Assembly: GCA_965285935.1 (NCBI GenBank) | Contig: OZ260665.1 | Span: 52,266,001 to 52,330,000 of the forward strand | DNA: 64,000 nt | Reading direction: 5' to 3' | DNA from: Ophelia neglecta | Taxonomy: Eukaryota | In this document: positions 13,067-27,300 of the stretch, piece by piece | How the letters are laid out: every line of letters begins with the position of its first letter | How positions within the stretch are numbered: position 1 is the stretch's first letter | Position numbers and translations under genes: made by a program | Notes under the pieces: model-generated | Seen by the model: only the letters and a program-made list of their open reading frames with translations | Told to the model about the DNA's origin: nothing | Databases searched by the model: none

Positions 13067-15831
13067 GTGAGTGCTGTTCACCGCATTCTCACCACCACAT
13101 TCTCTCTCCTCTACTCTCCTCTCATGTTTGCCTCACACTCATTTTGCCCTCAAACATATCATACAGCTGTCATCTTCACTTATGTACTCCTCATTGTGTT
13201 GTCTCTGAACCATTGCAATTCTTGCAGTTCCTCCATATCCCTAGTAGTACAAAGCCGTACTAAAAACATATTATGGGCAGAGTTGTTGCCTCTTTACTTG
13301 TATACTACTTATTCAAGTATATACATTTTTTTCATTGAGTAACTGGTTTCTCATTCTATACACAGCAAAACTACTTTGTAAATGACCAGCATAGGTGTAT
13401 ACTACTACAGCCATTACATACTCTGTCTCTGTAACACATTTGCTACAGATATGATTGGTATGATTCATTTACCAGCTCACTTTCAAAGTACAAAATGTTT
13501 GTGCATTATATGTACTGTGTTTAAAGGAAGTGAATAAGTAGAATATATAATGTAATGACTACTACATGGTATTACTTTTACCTGAGAACTAATAAAACAT
13601 TATTATAAATATCATTAAAATTTACAAACATTCTGTATATTAAGTGTCCATGCCCAAAAAACTCTCCTGTCCCATGTTTTCCTGGAATACTGTGGTTCTG
13701 CAGCAGTCAGTCTGTCCAGTACACCACTAAAATGACATTAATGATGGTTATAGCCATCAAACCCCCCAGGAAACCCATTACCCCCCATTAACTGCTTCTC
13801 CTTCTAGTTAACTACTCCATTAGTAACCAGACTGGTCATACACACTCATATTAACATTTTTTGAGGGGAGGGTTCATTTATAATGACCTGGCATGTATCT
13901 GTATATCCACACTTTATAAATGGACATATTTTACAGAGAGTGGTCATCCATAATATACCCCCACCCCCTCCCCACCTTTCCTATGATCCTGCCTTGAAAC
14001 TACTGCCAGATTCTGGCTATCCCCAGGTAGCCTTCCAAGCCCCTGGTAACTGCTCCATTGAAAAGCCTTCATGCCCTCCCCTTCCCAGGTAACTGCTACA
14101 CAATACATTATACATACATGTATTGTGGTGACCTTAAACTCCCAGGTTATAAATAAAAACTGTTCTGACTGTGGCTAAAATGGGTCACATATTTCCAAAC
14201 TTACAAATGTTAAATTTCTTTTAAGCTGCAATGTAATATTTTGATAAATTACTGGTAGTGAACACTACTTACTCCCTAAGGTAGAACAACTTCCATCAGT
14301 GCCATCATAAGGCCATCATGAGATATAATGCATGAATTTATTCATTGTACACAAAAATGTATTAGTCATATAATAACCTTTGTTATAAAATGAATGAAAA
14401 ATGACGTCTGCTATTTTGATTCCTCCGAGTTGTCGTGGAAGTAGCTTTTCCTCCCCAGCTAAACAAATATGTTGTCTAAGCTCACCTGATGTGGACCAAT
14501 TAGTTTCATTATCTGTTTACATTGTTCATTTGTGTTTCCTGTCATAAACCTAATAAAAGTGGATGACTGATACTACAAAACCAGCTCAGACTGATAAGTT
14601 CTGACAGGTCCAAATTGTGCTGGTACAACTATACCCATACTTTGGAGACAACCTCTAAATATTTAATGCATCATATTGTTGCAGGCTGCAAACATTGCAC
14701 ATGTGCTGAAGATGTGTCAACTGGCTTAGAATTAGAGTGTCCATAATTTCATTTAGGGAATTAGCTGAGGGCAACTTGGCGGGGTGACTTGTGGCATCCA
14801 TTGTTTTTGGAAATGGGTTGTGCTCTTTCAGAAACAATATGGCTCCCTCTCAACATTAGGCAATGGAATTAGTCGCTGATGTATCTTTCTATATATGCAG
14901 TGATTTTTTTTTGCCTGAAAGTAAATAGGCAGATTTCCCATTATGTGTCCATGAATAATTCTTCAGTAACATAGAAAGTAAATATACTATTATTAAAGTT
15001 TGTTTACTGGTTAGAAAAATACTATTTGCATATAGGTTGATTAATAATTTCTTCCCTTTAAGATTTGTTCATGCTTTACTAGGTACAAAAGCATTGCTGG
15101 GTCAATGATGAGGTTAATAAATGTGCAGAAGCATTACAGTTTGATGAACTTCTATCTAGTAATTGTCCCATCAGTTCATATTTGTTGTTTAATTATTCAG
15201 CTGATATAATGACATTACTTAAGATAATGCTTCACAATTACCCAGTATATAGAAATGTCATAGTTCAATGTTAAGTTTCGCAGCCATCAAAGCGTCTTGG
15301 ATGTGATTGATGCCCCAGTCAAGGTTTAAAAACTGTGCTCACATGTACTCAATATGTGAAACTGGGAAGAATAAGGGCACTCCAATGAGCCATTCTGTCA
15401 ATTTGTAGTGAGCAAGGGCAATATCCTCGACTCTTTACAGTTGAGATGGCCAGTAACAAGGATGTAGATAATTGTGGGTTGAATTTGATGTGTCCCTTGG
15501 AAGGGCAGTAAGTGTCATTGGGGGGAGGTAGGCATGCTGAGTGGATGCCCTGTGGAGGCCATGTTTTGTACACTGCACTGACAATTTTAATTGCTTTTTT
15601 ACACACAGTGATCATGGCCTGGACTTCCCAGCTGGCACTGTGTCAAAGTCCCAGGTCCAGTTAACGTCTTCCTGGTTAAATTTGCATTACAATCAATTAT
15701 TATTGTGACTTCAAACCCTACACAAATTGTGTTATTGTGTATCTGCTGGTTGCACAAAATATGATTTAGAGTTGAGAGCCAACATGTTATGGCTTGCATA
15801 CTACTACGAGTTATATAGATCATATGCGAGA

Positions 15832-16378
15832 GGTTTTAGTGTGGCTCTCCCAGATTGTGACTCAGACCACTGTGGTATACAATGCAGTCTATCAGTAAGG
15901 GTTTTAGTGTGGCTCTCCCAGATTGTAACTCAGATCGCTGTGTTGGACAATGCAGTCTATCAGTAAGGGTTTTAGTGTGGCTCTCCCAGACTGTAACTCA
16001 GACCGCTGTGTTGTACAATGCAGTCTATCAGTAAGGGTTTTAGTGTGGTTCTCCCAGACTGTGACTCAGACCACTGTGGTATACAATGCAGTCTATCAGT
16101 CAGGTTTTAGTGTGGTTCTCCCAGATTATGACTCAGACCACTGTGTTAGACAATGCAGTCTACCAGTCAGGTTTTAGTGTGGTTCTCCCAGATTGTGACT
16201 CAGACCACTGTGGTATACAATGCAGTCTATCAGTAAGGGTTTTAGTGTGGCTCTCCCAGATTGTAACTCAGACCGCTGTGTTGTACAATTCAGTCTATCA
16301 GTAAGGTTTTAGTGTGGCTCTCCAAGATTGTAACTCAGACCGCTGTGGTATACAATGCAGTCTATCAGTAAGGGTTTT
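15832..16378. repeat. Minisatellite, 67-68 bp unit, 8 copies
   Basis: ggttttagtgtggctctcccagattgtgactcagaccactgtggtatacaatgcagtctatcagtaag starting at 15832, 15900, 15968, 16036, 16103, 16170, 16238, 16305. Confidence 0.96.
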
Positions 16379-19300
16379 TTTCATTCCAGGCAATGAATCT
16401 TCAAAGTATAAAATTAACCCAGTGTATCATGTGTGGGTGCCTGGCAGAAGAGAGGCCTCACTGGTAAACACTGTGGCTTTACCTGGTTTATATATTCCCA
16501 GGAATATAAAGAATAAAATCAAAAAATGAAGGAAAAACACCCAGTTAATTATCACAACTTAATTTTGCACTGAATGGGGCATGCCATATATTTACTTTAA
16601 AGGCATTATAGGAATAAAGATTGTTGCATATATTGTTGAATACCCTATGCAGGAAGCTGACACTCAGAGATGTATAAAAAACATACCGCTTCCATGAATA
16701 CATTGTTCGTCAGTTTAAATGTATGCATTTTCTACAAATAAGCAGCTTGGCATTTTATCAATACATTGGTAAAAGGTCAGGAAAATCAATCATTTCCTAC
16801 TTCCCAATTACATACTTTAAAATACCTAACTATGTATTGATAAACTGTTAAATCTACCGAATACATGCAACAAGTCTGTGCTCAATGACATGGCACTCAG
16901 TGTCTTGTCTATTGGCTACCACCCTCCACCTCTGCTCTCCACCTCCAGCACACCACACCTGCACAACACTGTTCATCATCGCCTGATGAATTGTGGCAAG
17001 CATCCTGTGGCCTCTCGGACATAAAGGCTCATTTAACTGTGGTAAATCTACGATACTATAAACGTGTCCTCGTTATGTCTGACCATGACTGACTCCCAGG
17101 AAACTAGATTGCCTGGAGGTCCCTCCATCAGTCCCCTAATGTAGTTTATATTTTCTGCATGTATTAATACCATAAGCTGATCCCCCAGCATATGAAATGA
17201 CTTGCTTTGCCCGTCATCTATAATGCATCTTTTTTGTTGTTGTCAAGGGGCCCTTTTTAGTTTGTTATGTATTGTGTCCCTGCTGCCATGCATGTACACT
17301 GTTCAGATTGTTTGTCAGATTTAAGTAAACCATGACATATTAGTTGATTCTATCAAATTTGGCTTGCTTTGAGAACGTGAAAGTCATCATCCATTTAATG
17401 AGTTCTGTTTAAAGCTATATTTAAGCACAAGTAACCTGCTGGTCCTTTGTGTAATTGATTTCCTTTCACAATGTCAATATTTGATACACACCATTCATAC
17501 GGTGCATTTGCATATTTCCCAAAGGATGATATAAAAATGAAATTTCCATTATTAAATGGCAAGTAAGCATGCTGGCCTTTTATGTTGAAAATCCATGACA
17601 AATAAGATGGGGTTTCCTTGTCCATGAGATGTGCTGTTGGTGGTAGCCGAGGTAAGCCAGTACATGTGACTAGAACTTGCTCATGTTTGATCTCAATCTT
17701 TAATACCCTTACGCTATCATAGCTGATACTTGAGTTGATTCTCGCCAATGGCTGACGTCAAGTTATTGGCCATGTTTGTCGAGTCAATCAGCTCATGATT
17801 CATTCTTTATCGTGCATCTAATGTTGAGAGGGTTACCTTCCTAATTGTCAGTGATTGATACAGGGATTAACTTTTGATTACTTCAAACTTTTATTTCCTG
17901 AAGCACCATACAGCATCACTTTTTTAAGGGCAATTGACATCCTTTGCAATAGAGTTGTCATATCATGTTCTGTGAGGGAAATTTTGTACCGACTAGGATG
18001 ATGAAAGTTTTTTAATTCTCATGATGAATTTTGTATTAAGTGTTTGTAGAATTATCTGACATGGTTTATGTTTATTCAACAAAGAGCAGTTATCAGGTAT
18101 TGTGTTAAATGAATTCTGAATGTCTGCCCTGACTCCCAACTCATGGGCAAGTGCACCATACACATTTAATACATCTCAGGTAGGATTTCTAGAAGCATCA
18201 CCCTCCCTCCATAAAGTATGCTTTTATACCTTGTTGACCAGAAATTATAGCTGCACCTACTAAGTTAAGGCTCATAATAATTGTGACAAAACTGCCTGGT
18301 TTGATGCTTTCATCTTGTGCAAGTTTTAGTCGGATGCCTTCATCAGGGCAATTCTAGGGGCTTGATGAGCCTTGCGGAGGGAAATGCCATGATTAAAGCT
18401 GTAACACCTGTCAGGCCAGTCTTCTGAGCTAGCTACCTGACTGTGTATGTGCTGCATCTTCAAATGTAACGTGTTTGACTTGGATGGAAATGTGCCAAAG
18501 AAGAATATTACCTGAGGCAGTACCACCTGCAGGATGAACAGATATTTATCGACACCCGGCCCTAAAGACATGTTGTATCCCTCCGCTATAAAACACACCA
18601 TCACAGCAATATGTTATTTACTGAGCTTTCTCGTGTGATTGCTAAGTTTTTGCAAGTATTGGTGTACGGTAGCTGATTAGAGCAATGATCACAGATGACA
18701 ATAATCTAAGATATATTTATCCAGAGTCATTAAGGTCCAGGCTCACATCCACATATTGGTAGACATATATTCTTTCTCCGCCAAAAGCAAAACACAAATT
18801 TCTGAGGGATACACATATGCTAGATGTATACATGTATATATTTTGTAAATTATTCATGCCATGATGTGGATATGGATTTACATTTGTAAGACCAGCTGCA
18901 TTTATTGCTCTAAGGAAGGAAGTGTTTGTTCATGTGGCCTCTTATTACAGTATGGATGCTGTGTCCTACTGCTTCCTGTGGATGCTGTGATGTATTTCTT
19001 TTTCACCACCAACTTGCTGTCTACATGATTGCCTGGTTTACTTACCAGAGGCACATTTACATATGTGGTGTAGTTAGCCACAAAAAAATACCATGTTTCT
19101 TTGGTACTCACTTCTGCAGTTATGGCATTTTAATTTTGATTAAGCCTTGGTGGATGTCAGTATTTCTTTTCTTTTTTTCTGCTTGATGATTTATTATGGC
19201 GGCAGGTTGATGTTATACAGGGTTCTATGTTAAATGATGATAGCATCAGCCTTGTTTAATGGCATTCATAGAATCACATAAAAAGGGAAAAAATACTATA

Positions 19301-20756
19301 TTGATCACCATTTTAAGTGCCTACTACATTGGTTATGTGTAGTTTAAGTACAAATGTGGATCAGCCACCCTGTAATGACAAGTTGGCTTGACATTTTCTT
19401 GGAGTCAGCTGTTTCTGCTATCAACATCACTCTATGGTTGAGACATCTAGCTATCTGTTGCTGTCTGTGCTGTTATATGTTTGTGACACTACACAGTTCT
19501 TTCCATACTATTTGATTATGTTAGTCTGATAAAAACCATATTTTGATTTTAATTAATAAGCATTTATATTTTGATTATCTTTATTGCGGGTTTCATAAAT
19601 CAATGCATGATGGCTGTTAAACTATGATATTTAACTGTATTCATAAATTTCATAAGGCAGGACTACTGAAATTAATAATTTGCCATGTATATAATACCAT
19701 ACCAAGTGATCCAGTATTTGTTGTTGGGGTATTGCTCTCTTCCAGTAGCTAGGACTTGATTCCCTTGAAGTTGAAGGTTGCTCCTCAGAGATGGGTGTAT
19801 GGTGTTTAATATTTATAATCTTCTGCCTCCTAATTGAGGCCGGGTACCTTCCCCAGGTGGTTTGATCACTTTACTTTGCGGGATGTCCATTAGAAACCTA
19901 ACACACTTGTATATTCATATGCTGCCTCCCCTGCTGCAATAATTGAGCATACATGAAGCTAGTGTGTCTTTTCAGCAGTTTGTGACTGATGGACCCTTAT
20001 AATTCAGAGTTGAGAGCCCTGTTATGGAAAAAAGCTACACATTCTTTGACCTTAACATCACAACTACCAGCAGAAAGATGGCGACAAAGATTGAGTAGAC
20101 TCCATGCTGCCACATTGCAGGAAATTGCACATTTTCTGCTGGCACTAGGGATCATATGTTTCCAACGTGTACTGAATCAAAAACACATATGAAATCATTT
20201 TCAGAGGGAACTCTCCCAATGACCGTAGGTCATGAGATATCTGAAGGTTTATATTAATATTAACCATATGAAATGACTGTATTGCTTCCTGTATTCTGGG
20301 CTGTGATTGTATCACACAGTAGTTATTTCCTGGCAGAGGCAATATTTTATTGAATTCAATCAGGTACCTGCTCCTATCCTGAAATTGGTAATCTGCATTA
20401 AGGGAAGCAATTATTCATCAAAGCAGACTGAATCATATCAATTCTAGGCAATTCTTGTCAATTGTATCCACTTGGGTAAAATGTCTGATCACAAATGTGG
20501 TTAAAAATTGCACAGATGTTCTGTTACAGAAGTGGTGTAGAATAAATCAACAAAACAGGGGGGTCCTGTGGACAGCGTAATAGACCTATCATTGTTTTGT
20601 TTTTTGGTCAAATATATCGTCAGTGATATTGTCGGTAGAGCATCGATTGATGTACAGCTCAATGTCTGCAGCACAAGTTGCCATGTTAGGATGTTGTTTA
20701 CTGTGCCAGACGACTGTTGTTAAAAAAAAATCCAAGGTGAGTTGATGATGGATTAA

Positions 20757-21385
20757 ATGTCTGTGAGTATGATGGCAGTGACACACGGGTGTTTCTGACT
20801 GGAGAAGTCTGTAAGTATGGTGGCAGTGACACATGGGAATCTCTGACTTGAGATGACTTCATGTCTGGTTGCAGTGACGCACTGTAGAGTCTCTGACTTG
20901 AGATGTCTGTAAGTAGGGTGGCAGTGACATCCAGGAGTCTCTGACTTGAGATGTCTGTGAGTATGGTGGTAGTGACATCCTGGAGTCTCTGACTTGAGAT
21001 GTCTGTGAGTATGATTGCAGTGACGGACAGGTGTCTCTGATTGGAGATGTCTGTGAGTATGGTGGCAGTGACATATAGGAGTATCTGACTTGAGATGTCT
21101 TTAAGTCAGGTTGCATTGATGCACTGTAGAGTCTCTGACTCGAGATGTCTGTAAGTAGGGTGGCAGTGACATCCAGGAGTCTCTGACTTGAGATGTCTGT
21201 AAGTAGGGTGGCAGTGACATCCAAGAGTCTCTGACTTGAGATGTCTGTCAGTAGGGTGGCAGTGAAATCCAGGAGTCTATGACTTGAGATGTCTGTAAGT
21301 AGGGTGGCAGTGACACCCAGGAGTCTATGACTTGAGATGTCTGTAAGTAGGGTGGCAGTGACACCCAGGAGTCTATGACTTAAGA
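20757..21385. repeat. Minisatellite, 48-bp unit, about 13 copies
   Basis: Unit gtctctgacttgagatgtctgtaagtagggtggcagtgacatccagga; gives the 16-aa periodicity of ORF 20859-21422(-). Confidence 0.95.
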
Positions 21386-24300
21386 TCTTGACACACATGA
21401 CTTTCTGCCTTGCCTTCCACACACATTAGCCTTATTTGCCGGTGGTGTTTTAGAGCCAAGTGGTGGTAATTGCCTGCAGTATAGCCCCTTCTCTTACAAA
21501 CACCTAATTTACAGCAGGTTCTCTCTGCCAGATGAGAGTAGCCTTGGTTTTCCCACATTCAGCTCAAATTGGTTAGTATGGCAGAAGCAATTAGGTAGCA
21601 AAACTCTCTGCTGACAGGCAGAAACAATTCTTTTTGATCTTTGCCTACAGAAAGATTGGATACTTCAAAGTATTGACTTGTTTTGTAAATTGTCTTCAGC
21701 TTATTAAGTTTGGAAAGCACATGTGCAGTTGGAGTATGCCATGAATTGGGCTTCAGTAAGCTGCCTCTCCCCCCTCCATCCCCCCCCCCCCAACCCTAGC
21801 CCGGTAATAGAATTCAAATGTAGATTATATGAAATATATGCCATTGGCCTGTGTTGGGCAAAATTGAATGTGGCAGACAATAGATTAAACAGTGTGTTAT
21901 CTATTATAAAGGAGGATACCTGCTGGAGTAGGCTGTCCCTCTCGAACAACACTGGGGTCTCTGTCAGCCACTGGTGTGTGAGGTGCATTGTTGTGGCATG
22001 TCCGCACTATTGGCAAATGGTCGCAATCAGAGACTCACTCTGCTTACACAACTCAGAAGGCAGGGTCAGTAAACAGCAGCGGATTGTGATGGCTGTTAGA
22101 GGGAAGCAAATCTCAAACTTATATAATTAGAGCAGTGAGGACAACACCGGAGCAGAGGAGTAGTGCTTTTCTCTGGCCTTTCAATGTAGTAAGCTGTATC
22201 AGAACAGGACCAAATTGATTCAGTGCCTTTTAGAAACATCATCGCACAAGCCTTCTTGTCAGGACTCTGGTGCCTTTCCTTTTCACAGATTTCTGAGTGA
22301 ATTAATGAGCTTTTAATCCAGAGTAAGGGGAACTTACCTATGAGCCTGGATTTGTGAATTTATTTGACATTCATGAACTGACACAAAAACTGTGTCTTCC
22401 TTGTGTAAAAGGGGAAAACAAGAGCATGCCAGCTGTACTAATTGTCACATTACTTCTGTGAAATAAGGCAGTAGTGGAATAAAAATCAAGCAAAGAATCT
22501 GGATATTGTAACAGACTTAGATGCAGAGGCACACAGCAGTGAATAGAGAAATCAGCTGTTGTGGCAAGCACCTCTGATACGTAGAACCTGAATATGCTCC
22601 ATCTCAATACCTGGATTACTTGCCACTCAGTGTAACATTTCATTAGATATTAGGATTTCTGTTTTGTGGACTAGTACAAGTCTGCCATAGATTGGATATT
22701 GATTGCTACCAGTACAGCATTTCCACCTTCTCCGACATTGAGGCTGGGTGTGTTTTTCATTGCAGAGATCATATCAATATATAAAGAGCCTGATTTGAAT
22801 GTGCTGCTAGACCTCACTTTGGTGGATCTGCATTGGGGTTTTAATTAACAAAAAAACTGTTATTTTGATAACAGCTGGAAAAAGTGGCTGGGGAATTAAG
22901 GAGACCCCTCTTGCAGCTTGGTACTTCATCAGTTCAAAGAGCATCTGTCATATACAGTGACAAACACTATCTTTGTTTTTCATGCAAGAGCCTCCTGTGG
23001 CAATGAGATATCGCCACCAGGGCATTCCAACACGATTTGAAGCCTGCTTTTGAAGAGAATTTCCAGCATAAATTCTGGTTATTGACTCATCCTAAGTTCA
23101 GTCTCATTGGCCTAAAAGCATTTGTTTGATTTGGACAACCACTGTTTGAGTTGAAAAAAAGCATTTGAAGGAGAGCCAATAGTTTGAAATTAGATGTGCA
23201 ATCACAAACACCACATTAAATGAATCTGGTGTATTTTGTGAAGTCTTCTTGGGGCCATAGACTCTGCCTATGTTTTTTTGACACAGGCACAGCATAGCAC
23301 ATCTCCTCAGCCATTATCTTGATCCCTCTTCACCATTGAGCTCCCTGATCTACGGGCTCTGTGCCCACAGACCCAGCGCTCCTATGGAACTTTTCCGTGT
23401 CAGTGAGTGGTGCAGACAATTTCGAGGATATAGTTGGCTTTTATCTGTAGCTAAGCTGCATGGCATGCATGGGATTCTGCTAGTTATTCAAGTCTTAACT
23501 CTGTGATGAATCTTTTCTAAATGTGCTTTTTATGGTTCCTTGTTTAGTTTTGCTAACATGTTAGGCCATAATGAATTAAAGAATATTAGTTAAACGTACC
23601 TTCAGACTTGGGACTGATTAGGAAATTGTAGTTGTTAGTGCCCAAAGCTGATTTATTGCCTGCCATATGGCCAGGAAATTGAACATGGGCAAAGAAATGT
23701 CCTGTGTAAAAATCACCATCAATCATGAAAGACCTTCCCTGAAATTATGACATGTAGTCTGTAATGGCCAAGGGGACATGGTACCAGACACGGTCCTACC
23801 TGGTGTTCACTGAACATTTGTATTTGTGTTGGGAAGTAAAAACACATATAAACTAACCAACTTAATGCTTCAAAAAGAAATGTAGGCAGTTTTTTTTAAT
23901 TAAAATTTCTCTTTTTTTAATGTTCTTATATTTCTGTTTTAAAAGTAAAAAAGGGGACATTTTGTAATGTTAATATATGCCAGGACATCTCCCTGTTTTT
24001 GGCCATTCTTCAGATAACCTTGATATAAAGAAAAAAGCAGCAATACCAGATATTCCATCATTTCCAGTCTTATTAATTGTAGAGACCAGACCAAGTGGAT
24101 AAAAATTAATGATATAAGGTGAAATACATGTAAGCACTGGATACATCTTTTTTTGAGGGAAATTCATGCTGTGCAGGGACTCTTCAGAATTTCAAGCTGC
24201 AACTTTTTATTTTGAAATAACAAGGTTGATGCTCTGCACCAAAGAGCATGCTGATGAGAATGTAGGCACTTTTTTTAAAAGCCTTAGATGTGAAGGGATT

Positions 24301-27300
24301 TTTCAGTGAATACCTTCATTACATGTTATATGAATACTACTCTTGGACACAGTATATAATTTCTGCCCTGAATGTCATTTCTGCCTGAAGTACCATTGGT
24401 CATAGGTGCACATCCTTGTCTCACCTGACAAGCATGATACAGGTTAGTAATACTATCTGGGTGCCATTAAGTGTAATGTCACATTGTAGATTGCTCCACA
24501 TTTGCACTTAATGTGTCCATGTTCAGCCTCTTTCTTGACAACTTTTTGCAGTTGACTTTATCTTTTATTGACACTTCCAGAACTAGGACAGCCAAAGTTA
24601 CATTATTCCATTGGTACCTTTCATCCCTGTCTGCTTGTTTACCAGTCTCTATGTTCCTGATTCTCTTCTACAGAAATGATATCATTACTCATGTGTCAGC
24701 TACCCTGAAAGACTTCTCGCCAAAATGATACACCAATCTCACATTTACGTTACAGTGGTTATCATATCAAATTAGAAAAAAGTGCAATTTGATATTTTGA
24801 TTGGCCGCAGTAAGTAAGTTGATTACATTCCTGTCATCGGGTTCCCAGGAGAGATGGCTATTTGGGGAGCAGGAATGGAGGCTTGATCATTTTATTGCCT
24901 GACAAGTCTTTTGTCTGAATGCAGCTACCAGCTGCGGGGCTCCTATGTGGTCGCCCGGCAAGTGTCAGGATGTTAATGTGCTTTAACCCAGCAACACAAC
25001 AGCTATAAAGGTAGACATATCGGGGAAGAATATTCATACCACCAGAAGCTAGATTTACGTGACTTAACAGTGGTGCAGATGAATTAATATGTATCTCCCA
25101 TTCAAAGGTGTAGCTCTAACTCGCTTTTAAAGTCTGTCAGTGAAAATATTGAAATGCAGCCAATTCTTCTGCCATCTATGAATTCTATTTTTGAGCCTGA
25201 CCCAAGACATCTTACCAATCAGACAGAAATATTGCAGTGGGAATTCCATTTGCTCTGTGTACCCAGACATTACTGACATTTAAAGTGGTCATTCCCCTGT
25301 CATCGCTGACATACTGGGCAGGAAATAATTTTATCAGTAGATCTGCTTCCCATTATGGTGTGTTTAGTTCTCCTTCTCTTTGCCTGTTATGTCCCAGCCT
25401 GCGTAATGCTTCTCATGGCATCCCAGCATTGCTCATCATCATGTTCTTTTTATTTGAATAGGAGGCTGCAGTTTCATTTACAGCTAAGGTAATCAAATAT
25501 AAACAGATAGCAGATTGGATTTATTTGCACCATAAGGCTACAATATAGATTTATAATGTTTCCTTGTGGTGATTAAACTAAAAGTTATCCAGTTTTTGAG
25601 CTAGATGTGAGTTTGTTCTAATGGTATATTGCTAAATTTCTGTGATGTTTAGCATGGGTATGTTCTTTTATATATTTAGGGAGCAACTGTGAGTGACACA
25701 TGCAAACTAACATTAGATACATTCAGGTGCTTTTCATCAAGTTGATTTGTACCATAAAAGTAAAACTCAACCTGATACAATGAGTAAAAAAGTGATAATC
25801 CACCCATTAATTTAAACCTAGAGCTGCCTTCGAGTAGGCCATAAAGAAAGGAGATTAGTAAATGGCTGGTTCAATTGGTGCTTGTCTTTATCTGCTGGAC
25901 CAATTTTGCCCACTCAATTGCTTCTCTTCAAGAATAAATAGGGTCATTGGTCCTTTACAACAATTAATGCCAGAAAGCATGTTGAAAGTGATTTACATTT
26001 AATAGGGACAAATGGAGGTTTAAACCAATGGGGTGGAATGAATCGCTGTTCTTTTTTTTTTGCTATGGCATGTTGTTTGTGATTAACATCAATTTTTCAC
26101 CATGATTTGTTCTGTATTATCAATCATATAACTGCTTTAGTGGAAGAATGGACAAGTGTTATGGCTCTAATTGAAAAAGAATTCATTATATGCTCCAGGA
26201 AAGTGATTCCATTTGTGACAGTTCCATTTTACACGATGGCCTTTCTCAGCCTTTTAGTGTGATTACATTCAAGTGCTGTTCTCCAGACACTTGGCCTTTA
26301 TGCGCCATTGTCCATCACACCTTGCTGATATCCTAAGGGAGAGGATAAGAGTCTTCAGGTCCCAGATGCCATTATTGGCTTGAGTGTCTGGCACAGAGGT
26401 AGTGTATACAGGTCAGCTGAGGAGCATGGAACGTCTGCTTGCCAGGTCACATCACACCTTACATATATGTACCTCCAATCTCTATCTAACTGTACACCAC
26501 CTCCTGCTTTAAAATATAAAAGAAGGTAGATTAATGAGCTAATTGTTCAGGGAGCCTCAGGTACTGTATTCCCCCTGGGGATTAAACCTTTCAAGAGTTT
26601 TCCATGCCTCAGGGCACAGTGGAAGAAGAATGAAAAGGGAAATTAAATTCCACTTTACTGGACATGTACTTTTTAGCTGGCCATTCATTACAGAGTCCCC
26701 TGGAGCCAGCCTAGGTTATCTTTTCTTGTGCTGATCTGTTTTCAGTCTTCAGTGTATTCTGTGGTTGCTTGGATTTTGGTTCTTACTGAGAGCAGAACTT
26801 TTTACAATTTGACTCCACATAATACACTTTAGCAGAAATCATCGTTTGGTTCTCATCCAATGAATTGATGGACCCATACATAGACATTTGCATGACTTGT
26901 TTCCTGCTGCTGGGGAAAAAAGCATGTGCCACATAATGGCTGGACTCAGCATGGTTTGTCATGCTTAACAGCATTAATGATATCATACTTTGTAGGCCTG
27001 AGATAGCAGGTTGACAGGCCAGGCTTAAAGTGTTATCAAGGATATCAGCATTTATGTTGGATGTGCTAGGTAGTCATGTACATGTGTTTTTAAGAAGGGA
27101 ATGGAGACATCCTTGTGATATTTTCATAGAGTCAGCAATGTTGACACCCAGGAGTTAGTTAGTTCGAAGTCTTAATTGCTATTCCCCAGTAGGTCTCCGA
27201 AAGTGATCTGTTACAGTAGTTGTCTAGTCATGGATGCGAGATCTTAGGAGCCAATCTAAGACAAAACTTGCCTCCCGTAGACCCTCTTGTCCATTTTTCT

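Noticed and set aside
14020-14150. cccAG|GTaact recursive-site-like motifs
   Set aside because: Part of a locally repeated cc(a/t)ggta(a/g)c motif, more likely a decayed repeat.
20859-21422. 187-aa ORF with 16-aa repeats
   Set aside because: Translation of the 48-bp satellite, with the register shifting between units.
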